This document shows positions 1 to 12,000 of a DNA stretch of 64,000 nt, one piece after another (the first letter of the stretch is position 1; the number at the start of each line of letters is the position of its first letter). Where the stretch lies: positions 58,902,001-58,966,000 of the forward strand of contig NC_045707.1 of assembly GCF_009834535.1 (NCBI RefSeq), read 5' to 3'. The position numbers and the translations under genes were made by a program. The DNA comes from Camelus ferus (taxonomy: Eukaryota). The notes beneath the pieces are model-generated. The model saw only the letters and a program-made list of their open reading frames with translations. It was not told where the DNA came from and did not search any database.

Positions 1-953
1 CTGATCTTCAAAAGGCATTCCAAGGATACAAAATGGGGAAATGACAGCCTTTTCAATAAATACTGTTGGCAAAACTGGACAGCCACATTACAAAAATGAT
101 ATTGGACCCATATCTTACACCATACACAAAACCAACTCAAAATATATTAAAGATTTAAATATAAGACTTGAAACTGTAAAATTCCTAAAAGAAATACTAA
201 AAAAGCTTCATGACATTGGTCTTGGCAATGATTTGTTTGATATGACACAAAAAGTATAGGCAACAGCAGCAAAAATAGATGAGTGGGACTATATCAAAGT
301 AAAAATCTGCAGAGAAATGGAAATGATAAAACAAAAAGCAACCTACAAAATGGGAGACATATGTAAAAACCTTTTATCTGATAAGGAGTTAGTTTCTAAA
401 ATATATAAGGAATTTCTACAACTCAGTAGGAAAAAAAAAAAGCTAATAACTTGATTTTTAAAATAGACTAAAGACTTGAAAAGATATTCCTCCCAAGAAC
501 ACATAACAATGGCTAACAGGTGTATGAAAAGATGCTCAACATCACTATCAGGTAGATGGCAAACTGAAACTACAATGAGATATCATCCACATCTGTTGGG
601 ATGGTTATTATCTCCGACCCCCACAAAAAAAGAGGTATAAAATGTTGATGAGGATGTGAAGAAATTTACAACCCTCTATACTGTTGATGGGAATGTAAAA
701 TAATATAGCTTCTATGGAAAACAGTATGGGAGTTCTTCCAGAAGTTAAAAATAGAGCTACCATATGCTCCAGCAATCCCACTCCTGGGCATTTATCTAAA
801 ATAACTGAAATCAGTATCTTGAAGAGATATTAGCACTCCTGTAATCACTGAAGTGCTATTACAATAGCCAACACATGGAGACAACCTAAACGTCCACCAA
901 CAGACGAACAAATCAAAAAAACGTAGTATAAAGCTTTAAAAAGAAGTGAATCC
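1..953 (+). mobile_element. Older LINE-1 (L1MA/L1MB-like), 3' part of ORF2; left half of an element split by a later insertion
   Basis: Typical L1 ORF2 3' sequence (KYIKDLNIRLETVKFL; 'ccagcaatcccactcctggg'; 'caacctaaacgtcca'). Breaks at 'aaaaagaagtgaatcc' and resumes at 4402. Confidence 0.9.
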
Positions 954-955
954 TG

Positions 956-1213
956 ACACTGGGCTCCATAAATGTGGCAGTGCAATACAGATGACTCCTG
1001 ACACACTGAGATATGCCATAGCTCTATGCTACAATCCATTGTCTACCAACAATTCTGATATCCTGAGAAATAATTCAACTGTTACTCCAATAAAATGTTC
1101 TTATTCCAGGAGAAGGAATATGAGAAGCAAAGTCATTCAACCCACCTGGATTCCATTTATTTGTACTCTGTCCTTTCAGCACAGACTATAATTCACCATG
1201 AGGCTGATGACCA
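956..1213 (+). pseudogene. Intronless ZP3-family (zona pellucida glycoprotein 3-like) retrocopy fragment: ZP-N C-terminal half, linker and start of ZP-C
   Basis: Frame of ORF 946..1191 continued through the stop reads TGLHKCGSAIQMTPDTLRYAIALCYNPLSTNNSDILRNNSTVTPIKCSYSRRRNMRSKVIQPTWIPFICTLSFQHRL*FTMRLMT. It aligns without gaps to the ZP3 motifs GLHECG...PIECxYPR..NVSS.AI.PTW.PF...L.FSLRLM. One in-frame TAA at 1189-1191. Segments 991-1109 (119 nt) and 1110-1213 (104 nt) equal the ZP3 exon 2 and exon 3 sizes as I recall them. Confidence 0.88.
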
Positions 1214-1216
1214 TTT

Positions 1217-3480
1217 GGGGCCGGTTCCAGGCCAAGACGATGGAGTAGAAGGAGCCAGAGCTCACCTCTCCTCACAAACACACCAGAATCACAACCAACT
1301 GCAGAACAACCATTGATAAAAAAAAGACTGGAACCTATCAGAAAATAATGTCTTCATAACTAGAGACATAAAGAAGGAATCCCAATGAGATGTGTAGGAG
1401 GGGTAGACTCATGATACGATGAAATCCTACATCCCTTAGGTGAGTGACCCACAAACTGGAGAATAATTATATTGCATAATTATATTGCACAGGAGTAAGA
1501 ATTATGAGCCCCACATAAGGCTCCCCAGCCCAGGGGTCTGGCACCAGGAAGAGAAGCCCCTAAAATATTTGGTTTTGAAAGCAAGCCGGGCTTCACTGCT
1601 GCAGCTCCACAAGGACTGAGGGAAACAGAGACTTTACTCTTAAAGGATGCACACAAAATCTCATGCTTACCAGGACTAAGGGAAAAAGCAGTAATTGTAG
1701 AAGCCTGGGCCAGACCTACTTGCTGGACTTGGAGAGTCTTATGGGGAGGCGGTGGGTAGCTGTGGCTCATGCTGAGGACACAGATGCTGGTGGCTGACAT
1801 ACCAGGATGTATTCACCTATTTGAACTCTCCTGAGACTGACATCTTGCTTGGGTCATTAGTACCAAGACCTGGCCCCACCCAGCAGCCTGTAGGATCCAG
1901 TGCTAGAATGCCTCAGACCAAACAACTAACTGGGGGGGGGGACACAACCCCACCTATCAACAGACAGGCTGCCTAAAGACTTCCTGAGCTCACAGCCTAT
2001 TCTAGACATGCCCCTAAACATGGGCCTGTCCACCAGAGGGCCAAGACCCAGTTAACAACCACTACTGGGCAGGAAACCTGAACAATCCTCTAGACTAGCC
2101 TGACCCACCAGGGGGCAGACACCAGAAGCAAGAAAACCATAATCCTGCAGCCTGCAGAATGAGTCTGCAAATGCAGGCCAGGCCCTGCCCTGAGATCAGC
2201 TGGCCCCTGGGTGAGGAGAGGGGAGTGCACAGTTGAAACACACAGGATGTCTCCTACAAAAGGCCACTTCTCTAAGGTTGAGAAATGCAAATAACCTACC
2301 GCATACATAAAAATACAAATAGAAATTTAGACAAAATGAGTCAGCAGAGAAATATATTCCAGACAAAGAAATAAGCTAAAACACCAGAAGAACTAAGACA
2401 TGATGTGGAGATAGGCAATCTACCTGAGAAAGAGTTCAGAGTAATAATCAAAAATATGATTAAAAAAAAACAAACCTGGGAGGACAATGGATGTACAGAG
2501 TGAGAAGTTAGAAGTTATTAACAAACTGTTAAAAAATATAAAGAACAACCAGAGTCGAAGAATACAATAGCTGAAATGAAAAATATACTATAAGGAATTG
2601 ATAGTAAACTAAATGATGCAGAAGAACATATCAGTGAGCTGGAGACAAAGTAGTGGAAATCACTAACATAGAACAACAACAACAAAACAGAATGAAAAGA
2701 AATGACATCTGGGACCACATCAAGCACACTGATTTTCACATTACAAAGGTCCCAGAAGGAGAGGGGAGAAAGGGCCTGAGGTATTATTTGAAGAGGTAAT
2801 AGCTGAAAATTTTCCTAACTTGGGAAAGGAGACAATCACCCAAATCCAGAAAGTGCAGAGTCCCATACAGGATTAACCCTGAGAAGAAACACCAAGACAC
2901 ATTATATTTTAAAATGACAAAAATTAAAGATAAAAAGAGAATATTAAAAGCTACAAGGAAAAAAGCAACAAATAACATACAAGTGTACTCCCATAAGACT
3001 GTCAGCTGATTTTTGAGCAGACACTCTGCAGGCCAGAAGAGAGTAGTGGCACAAAATATTTTAACTGATAAAAGGGGAAAACCTGCAACCAAGAATACTC
3101 TACCCAGAAATGCTCTTATTCAGATTTTTATGGAGAATTTAAAGGCTTTACAGACAAGCAAAAGCTAAAAGAATTCAGCACCACCAGAGGAACTTTACAA
3201 CAAAAAGAAAAGGCCGCAATTGCAAACAAGAAATACATAAATGGAAAAGGTCATTGGCAAACATACAGGAATGGTAGGAAATCATCCACACACAAAGCTA
3301 GGAGAAAAGTTAAAAGACAAAATAGTGAAATCATCTGTATCCACAATAAGCAGTTAAAGGATATACAAAACAATTAGATGTAAAATATAATGTGAAAAAC
3401 AGTGATCATGAGGGGAGGAGAGTACAAATGCAGGGTATTTAAATGCATTTGAAATTAAGAGATCAGCAACTTAAAGCAAT

Positions 3481-3520
<40 letters not shown>

Positions 3521-4400
3521 AAATATACACATTTTATATATATAGACTACTATACCAAAATCTCATGGTAATGGCAAACCAAAAATCTATAATAGACATA
3601 CACAGAAAAAAAGAAAAGTAAATTCTACATAACACTAAAGATAATCAGCAAATCACAAGAGAAGAGAACAAAAGAAAGAGGGGGGAAAAAAGCTACAAAC
3701 AACAAATCAAACACAAATAACAAAATGGCAATAAGTACATACATGTCAATAATTACCTTAAATGTAAACAGATTAAATGCAAAAGACACAGACTGGCAGA
3801 ATGGATATAAAAACAAGATCAGTGTATTTGCTGCCAGTAAGAGACTCACAGACTGAGAGTGTGGGGATGAGAAGGTATTCCATACAAACAGAAATCAAAA
3901 GAAAGCTGGAGTAGCAATACTTGTATCAGACAAAATAGACTTTACAATAAAGACTGCTGCAAGAGACACAGCAGGACACTACATAATGATCAAGTGATAA
4001 ATCCAAGAAGATACAACAATAATAAATATATATGCACCCAATATAGGAACACTTCAATGTAAGAGGCACACACACACTGGAATATTACTCAGTCAAAACA
4101 AAGAATGAAATAATGCCATTTGCAGCACCATGGATGGACCTAGGGATTACCATATTAAGTGAAGTCAGACAGAGAAAGACCAATATGATATATCACTTAT
4201 ACGTGAAATTTAAAAAAAATACAAATCAACTTATAGACAAACCAGGCATTAGACACACAGACATAGAAAACAAACTTATGGTTGCCAAAGGGGAAAGGAG
4301 GGTGGAGGGATAAACTATGAGTTTGGGATTAACATATACACACTGCAATATATAAAATAGATAAAAACAAGGACCTACTGTATAGCACAGGAAACCATAA
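1217..4400 (+). mobile_element. LINE-1 with 5'UTR, decayed ORF1 (~2336-3215), start of ORF2 endonuclease (3725-~4066), large internal deletion, and short 3' end
   Basis: 5' start 'ccggttccaggccaagacgatggagtagaagg' and GC-rich 5'UTR. ORF1 motifs 'gctgaaaattttcctaact' and 'ctcccataagactgtcagctgattt'. ORF2 start MAISTY with 'aatatatatgcacccaat'. Then jumps to MPFAAPWMDLGITILSEV and the 3'UTR. Confidence 0.92.
3484..3512. repeat. (AC)n microsatellite in the L1 inter-ORF region
   Basis: Directly visible. Confidence 0.95.
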
Positions 4401-4401
4401 A

Positions 4402-4600
4402 AAAAGGAAGTAAATCCCGCAGTGTGTGACACCGAGAATGAACCTTGAGGACATTACTGCTGAGTGAAGTCAGTCAGTCAAAGAAGGGAAAATACTGCAT
4501 CATTTCACTTATATGAGGTATCTAAAATAGCCAAATTCACAGAAGCGAGAGAAGACTGGTGCTTGCCAGGGGCTGACTGGAGGAAGAACGGGGAATGTGT
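4402..4600 (+). mobile_element. Right half of the older L1 from 1-953 (ORF2 end and 3'UTR)
   Basis: 'aaccttgaggacattactgctgagtgaag...cacttatatgaggtatctaaaatag...gcttgccaggggctg' continues the L1 consensus from the point where 953 stops. Confidence 0.85.
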
Positions 4601-5439
4601 GGTAGTGTGTGGTACTGTTACACAGCTTTTTATAAATACCTAAGACAATACGAAGCACAAACTATGTACTGAGTTGATTTCTCTGTAGCATAGTAGTTTA
4701 CTCTACCATTCTCTCTTTTTTTTCCCCTTCAACACTCCTTCTACTTTACTAACCTTTAAGCATGCTTCCTCCATTACTCATTTAATTAATCTTCATTTCT
4801 AAGTTGATATTTTTGAATTTTTCTTCCTATTCCACTGCCTATGCAGTGTTCCACAGTTCATATGCAGAAGACTAACTATTCTCACTTTAATTATCACTAC
4901 CTAGTAAAGACTAAGTAAACCTATTATACCAGGGGTAGATCCTTGATCCAACTAGGTTAAACAAACGAATAACTTGGGATTAAAATTCAGAAATCCGAGC
5001 CAGTCTCTGTTGTTAATTCTACTGAGTAGATAAAACACTGGCAACTGCAAGAAAACCAAACTTCCCACCAGAAGCCAGTCTACAAAGGATAGAATCAAAG
5101 AAGAAGTCCTTGACACCATCCACTTTCCAGTTCCTGATGCTGGTCCTCGGATACAGCTGGGTGAACTTCCATGTATTGCATTCTCTGAGAACCTTGTGTA
5201 TCCTTATGAGATATTTTCTTCTTAATTAGTACATCGCAACATGGCTGTGGTGAGATTGTACAAATTCTAGCTGAAAGAATCTCAACTTGGAATTTCTTTT
5301 TCTTTTGCTTCTTCCTCTAGGTCTTCTTTTATTCTACTCTTGGCCTTCCTGATAGCTGTTTTTGTTTTTGTTTTTGTTTTTTGAGGCCTGACATAATTCC
5401 CTACTTATATGTCTTTTTCTCTTCTTTTTCCTATTGCCT

Positions 5440-5660
5440 TCCTACTTCTATTCAGTATTTATGTCTCTTTCTACTTTTCTCTCTGTTTTCCTCTCCAGGG
5501 TACTTCTGACCCTTGCTTGCCTGCCTGTTTTTAACATAATTGTCCTCTATAATTTCTAGGTCTGTTCTCAATTCATTGTTTTCTTCCCTTTTTTGCTTAC
5601 CATTTTCCATTCTTGAATCTAATGTGTCTCCAATTTGAGGCTTGTTCATGTCTTCGTTTA
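5440..5660 (-). mobile_element. Possible ancient LINE ORF1 (HAL1/L1ME-type) coiled-coil remnant
   Basis: K/E-rich minus-strand ORF 5452..5649 with LINE ORF1-like composition; weak. Confidence 0.35.
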
Positions 5661-6829
5661 TATGTCTAAGTCTTTGCTTTGTTTAGTTTTTTTTTTAAGC
5701 TCTGAAGCTTCCATGTGAGATACAAATCTACAGTGCTTTATTATATATAAAAAAAAAAAGGAAAATGCTATTTTTTAAATCTCTAAATAGATAAACATAC
5801 TACAAAAGAACACACATGTAAATACTGTATTTTTCTCATTAAGACAACTTATCAAAATCTATTTCATTCTTTCTTTTAGTGAAAGAAAATTAAACAACCC
5901 TCAAATGCTTTGAGGTCAATGTGTCATGTCTTTACTATAGCATACACATCAAAATTATCCACTTGCATTATGTGAGAATCTGATAAGTAAGGTTTAATCT
6001 TTTCCTCAATTTAAAACAGCATCACCTAATTGTCATTCAGAGTTTCCCTTACACAAGGTGAAAATATGCATATGAGTGAAATTCCCATGAAGGTAATGTT
6101 TGTAGTCATTTCTGGGTTAAAGAACAAGATTTATTTCACTTTATGAGAATGTATTTCCTGACATTTGTCCTATTGCATTATGATCAAAACACTGTAGTGC
6201 TAAATATGGGAACTTCTCCAGGAAGCCTGACTGTGATTATGTAAACTGCTAAGCAAAGGCAATCGCCACTTTGTATCCCGACTGTCAGAAATCCTTTGCA
6301 GGTAACACACTGTTGAATGTAACAGCTTTCTGTCTACTAGGAGTCCATAAGATATTCTGGGTTGTTTTTGCAGTTTAAAAATATATGGGTATGCTGTTGC
6401 CAATAATTTGAACCTGAAGAGATGTGCCTGCTCAAATCGTACTCATGGATGTTGATCTTACTTTCTTTGATAAACAGATCATGAGGATTTTGATGGCAAA
6501 TATAAAACCAAAGTTGGTTTTCAGAACCATTACCTCTAACCTACCAGACAAGAAAATTGGCTTGAGTAATCACGTAACTGTTGGAGCCGTATTTTGAATC
6601 TCATGATATCAACCAGTCAGTTGAATATGCTTATTTTGCTATTGTTAATAAGGTACAATATTATGAATTCTTTATGGTAAATGCTTCCTGAGGAGTGAGT
6701 TTAGGACAGGACATGAAATTATTTAGGTTTTTTGAGTTAATTGATTTTCACGCACATATGGAAATACACATGTTCAAAAAGATTTGCAATAAGAAGCTTT
6801 AGGCTCTACACTTTTATAATTTGATCATT

Positions 6830-7090
6830 TCATTCAGGTGTCTGTTCAAGTATCTCCTTCTCAGGCTTTCCAAATTTGGCTTGTCTAAAAGAGAATTTCC
6901 CATCACTTTTTATACCCATATCCTGTCTTAGTGATCTTTATAGCACATCATTCCTTTAAATGTATGTAGAGTTAACTGCTTATTCTCCTTCCCCAGCTAG
7001 AACTATCAGCTCCACAAGGGCAGGGATTCTGCCTCCTTTGGTCTTGCTGTATCCTCTGGCCAGAAGACTCTTACTTGGCGGATGAATGAA
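6830..7090 (+). mobile_element. L2 3' end fragment
   Basis: 'ctagaactatcagctccacaagggcagggattctg...gctgtatcc...gatgaatgaa'. Confidence 0.75.
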
Positions 7091-7544
7091 CCATATTATT
7101 AGCTATCATAATTTAAAGAGACACACAGAGAGAGAAAGAGATGAAGGTAAACTAAATGATTAACAAGAGAATGTTTAATAACCTAGTATATAATAAACTT
7201 ATATCATTAAAATAATATCTATTTTGTAGTAAAGAGATTTTCTTGGTAACATTATGTGAATAAATCAGGACCTAGAATTTTATATGAAATATGATCCTAA
7301 CATTGTCCATGTATACCTAGGGAGTGGAAAGACTGAGAACACCCCAAAATATTGATGGAACATTGTTCTTGGTTGGAGATACCATGGATTTTATTTATAG
7401 GTAAGTAATTTGCATTTATCATTTATCAACTGTGGTCAGAAGAAATGAGGCAAAATGAAAAGAATAAAATACAGTAGTGATTGAGAATTGAGTATTATAG
7501 CTAGATCAGCTATCACCCTAAGGCCCTGCAAATATGAAGATTTT

Positions 7545-7675
7545 AACAACTAATATTAGTACATGATGTCTTCAGTACTATGTGCAGATCTTCTTTGAAG
7601 TGCTTGACATAAATAAAATCACCTAATTCTCATAATTACCAAATGAGGTCAGTATTATCATCATCATCATCATCA

Positions 7676-7706
<31 letters not shown>

Positions 7707-7850
7707 CATCATCATCATCATCATCATCATCCCCATTGCATAAATATAACCCAGCGAGGTCACACTACTTCCCAAAGTTTTCCAGCTAAGAGATGACAGG
7801 CCTGGAATTGAAACCCTTGTCTGATTCAAGACCTGTAGTCTGAACTTCTG
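7545..7850 (-). mobile_element. MIR SINE containing a compound microsatellite
   Basis: 'ccccatt...gaggtcacactacttcccaaagt...ggaattgaaaccc..gtctgattc' is a reverse MIR core. Confidence 0.75.
7653..7731. repeat. Compound (ATC)n-(ATT)n-(ATC)n microsatellite
   Basis: Directly visible; produces the poly-M/poly-I ORF 7623..7829. Confidence 0.95.
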
Positions 7851-10800
7851 ATGAAGAATAAGAAAGGAGTAAGTACTTCTTAAGTAAGAGTAAAGAAGAA
7901 AATATCATAAATTCATGTCTTTATTATTTTTTTAATAAAGCAGTGTAAAATGTGTTGTTTACTATTTAAAATGGCTCATGTGGGGTTTAGTCAAACCTAC
8001 AGAGCTATCCTGAATACTTGGACATAAATGAGCAAGCTGTAGCTAGAATGCAAATCAGGACACAGATTAGGTTATAATTATGGTCTTTTGGTAACATATC
8101 AGGTTACTCTGGACAGCAAGTGCCCTTAGTAACTCAGAAATACGTATGTACAAATATCTTATTAAGTCTCACTTATTTTTTTTTAATAATAAGAAACATG
8201 TATAATTTGATTAGGGCTTTGTATCTAGATGCCATTTTGAAATGGTCTGAAAACTCTTCTTAACAACTTTTACTTTATAATGTTCACCCCTTCCATAAAA
8301 AATTAACAAAACACGTGTAAGTCAACCATTACGTACTGGACAAAAAAACACGAGCTTTGGAATTAAATTGGTTTGGGTTTGAATCTCAAATGAACATTTC
8401 ACTCTATGATACAGTATTCACGAGGAACAATACCCAGTGCATGATTTCTAACGGAAGTTCAGGTAAGATATTGTACTATTTTTCTAAAGTTCAGAATATA
8501 GACCATCGCAGTTGCATGGAACTAAATAACCCAACTTGTCATTTTCAAAATTAAGAATTCTGGGTATTTATTACTTTTTAATTATAACAAATGGGTTAAT
8601 TATGTAACTATAGAAATGAATGAAGTCACAGCTGACAGCTGAAAATGCCTTTACAAAACAATATACCCGATTCTGTTCTCAGTGAAAACAGTTCGGGAAA
8701 TTTAATTTAGGATGCCAGGTGGCACAACAGGTTATACATTAACTTGTCCCCTCTGGAAAATTAAATTTGAATTTGGCTCTGGTCACAAACGAGATGAGTC
8801 ATTTGGTGCATGCCACTAAGGATACTCACAAAGCCAAAATGACATTTCATTGAATCACCTGTTAAGAAAAATGTCTGCAGTCACTGGGGAATTTTCAAGA
8901 AAAATAAACACGTGCATAAGGCAAAATGAACAGGATCTAAGGGCTAGTGAAGATTACAGGCTTGCTGAAAATCGGAAGGCAAGTGCTGTAACACGTATGC
9001 AGACAAAGTCTTAATTTTTAGCCTGTACTTCCCATTTTTCCCAGGTTCTGAATCCTACCAGATTATTAACCTCTTTTCCAAAGAAAATTCGCTTTTTCCC
9101 TTGTCACAGGTTTAGCCAAATGTCAGTTTGTATCAAATTAGCAAGGATTACTGAGCTCACTGCAACGAACTGCCTAATTGTGATTTTGAACCATATGTTT
9201 GGATCTTCCTGTTCCTTCAGGTAAATAAACAATTACACGTCATATTCTCTCCTTTTCAGGGGAACAAGAGAATGTACAACTGACAGACTTCAAAAATAAC
9301 CTAAGTTGAATTAATGCTTATTCTTTTCATTGTTACTTTCTTGTCCATAATAATTATCACACAGCCAGCGTGTAGACAGATGATGAGATTAATAAAAGAA
9401 CAGGAAAATTCCCAACCCAAACAGTAAAAGCCCAGTTTTTTCATATTCACTATTGGAGAAATACAGTACAAAAATACTGATACCATTTTAATTGCTCATA
9501 TTTCAAGTGCTTTTTTAGTGGATTCTAAATAGACACTGTTAATTCATTGTTTGGGGTCCTCCAAACAATTTCTTTCTGCTCAAAGTAATATCCAGAACAT
9601 ACTGAGCCATTCCATGACTGTTGTCAGGGCTCAAGGTCCTGGGTGGTCCTGGGCATCGTAACTGTCAGGGCTGATCATGCGGGGGCAAACCAGGGTAGCC
9701 TCTAGCATACGGTCTACCTCAAATCCCAGACTACTTCGCTCCATCACTGAAAAGAGGTTGTGATAAAAAATTTATAGCATGACTAGGTTATGTTAATGAC
9801 AAAAATTTATTCACAGAATCCTGGATTTTATTCCCAACAGTACTTACTAGACAAAGGTCCTTGCTTAGCAATCTTATTAGACCTTAAACAAAGGGATAAA
9901 CCTCCCTTTAAGGAGATTAAGACAATAGGGTCATGCAGCAAGATCTATACACAAAAAAGTCATAGGATTTGCATATGTTAATTCACACTTCCTTAGTGCA
10001 AACATGCAGATGTATTTTTACAGAAAAGAATGCATTGACCTTCTGGCAAACCTCACTTAGGAACAATGGCCCTAGGTTTATTAATATTCTCTATTCACAT
10101 AGAAAGGAGAAGTCATTGCAGTCGAGATGATTGAAAAAATTAGCGAATCACAATAAACATGCACCTATTAAAATGAATATACCCAACTCTTTTATAAAAA
10201 GGAAGAAAGAAGAAGAAATCTTTATAAGCTTGGCTTCTGTCTTTTTTATGGCCTAAAGAAAATTACCTTCTTTGTACTCGATTATCTATACGTTCTTTTA
10301 TTATCTTGGGAACACTAAAAACTCAAAATTATTGTTGGTTTTGCGTGATTATATCTAGGCCTATATACTCCAAGAAGAGCTGAATGTATATAAGCAATAA
10401 GGAACTCTCTTTCAAATGTTCAAGTGTAATGGGTGAAATTGTTATTTTGCTTTGATTATTTTCAGATTTTTAAAATCTGACAAAGAGTCTGGCAACTATG
10501 AAAACAATGGAAGACAAAGGTGGCAACATGGACTGACATACTGTCTCACTTCTAGGAGACGGGCATTGAGTTTGAGCCATTGAAAATAAAAATTTTTCTC
10601 AGGCTCCTGCATGAGCACATATTTATATTTAAGATAGTCTGGAAACAAATACCACTCTTCAATGACAGGTATAAAAACTTTCAATCTACTAGTCAAAATG
10701 TTTTTTTCAACTAACAAATTGAAAAGCAATTGGTGGTTTTATTAAATGTTAAATCCAGTCTTAGTTTTTCAGAACTTCTGTTACCTTTAAAAGAGAGTTC

Positions 10801-11439
10801 CAAACATTTAAGCAGAATTTGTGAAAGCACTTTAAAATCAATAGAATAGAAAAGTAGCTCTGTGGGGCTTACAGAATCTATTTCCTTAGCCATACCATTA
10901 CAGAAGCCATTTCTCAGGATTGGAAAGAGTATATTGTATTTGAGTTGGGATTTGAGGTTAGCATCATAATGAGAACACAGTATCACTATGTTGTATTTTT
11001 CTAAGGTTTAAAATTCTCTGAGATTTATGACTCAATCTGTTGGAAATTTGAGACTTTCTATCAATATCTTTATTTTTACCAATTTGTTTCAATACACTTC
11101 TAATTTGTAAAATACACTTCTAATTTTATTGTTTTTAAAAGGTTAGTTGGCTTATTTTATTACAACTGGACCATGTAATTTGTTAGTTTGAACTCCTTCA
11201 ACAAATACTTATAGCTTTAAGACAAAAAAAAAAGTATGCATATTTTTATTTCTTTCCGGATTCTTGGTTATAGGCAGCAAAACAACTCTATTTTAAGAAA
11301 GAAAAATTGTATTTATTGGAGAGCCCACACTACTTCATGGGTAGCTAATGGAGAATTTTGGAAGGTATGCAGAAGCAAAGGAAAGCTGACAGTAAATATC
11401 GGAAAGTACGGAAATCGCCCTAACTCTGAAGTCAGTTTA

Positions 11440-12000
11440 GCTGAGCTGGAATCCTGGATCTGCTGCTTCCTATATGTGACCTTGTGTAAATTACTTCTCT
11501 GTGGGTCAGTTTCCTCTATGAATGGGAATACCAGTACCAACCCCATAGGTATTTGTCTTAGGCCAGGGAAAGCTATAGTCTGGTGACAAACAACTCCCTA
11601 AATCTCACAAACTTTAAAATAAAGATAAATTTCATGCTCATGGAATATGTTCATCATGGGCTGGCTGCGCGTCAGCTCCACCTTGCTGTCATCTCCCCTC
11701 TTATATCCAGGCTGAAGGAGGAGCCATTCTCTGGAGAGGTATCGATGGTCACAACAAAGGTGAAAGAGCACTGGAGAGCAGCATATTGACAACCGGTTGG
11801 TAAAGATAACACACATCCCTTCCACTTAAAACTCACTGGCCCCAACTGGTCCCTTGGTTACACTGGAAGGGAATCGAGGAGTGCAATTCCTACTATGAGT
11901 CCAGAGTATTTGGAAAAGCCTAATACAAGTTTCTAAGTGAGACAATATTCGTAAAACACTTAGACCTGGACTTGCCAAATAGTAAGACCTATATGTATAC
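11440..12000 (+). mobile_element. MIR (about 11440-11548 and 11930-12000) interrupted by a MaLR LTR
   Basis: 'tatgtgaccttgtgtaaattacttctctgtgggtcagtttcctctatg' and later 'gtaaaacacttagacctggacttgcc..atagtaag'. Confidence 0.65.
11550..11930 (-). mobile_element. MLT1-type (MaLR) solo LTR
   Basis: 'gtgacaaacaactccctaaatctca...tttcatgctcatg..tgttcatcatgggctggct...atccaggctgaaggaggagcc' resembles an old MLT1 consensus in reverse. Confidence 0.7.

Noticed and set aside
6140..6600. Plus-strand translation faintly resembling a mononegavirus L protein (endogenous viral element)
   Set aside because: Only a few scattered residues match, there are multiple stops, and no conserved motif is recognisable
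7623..7829. Poly-Met/poly-Ile ORF
   Set aside because: Translation of a trinucleotide microsatellite
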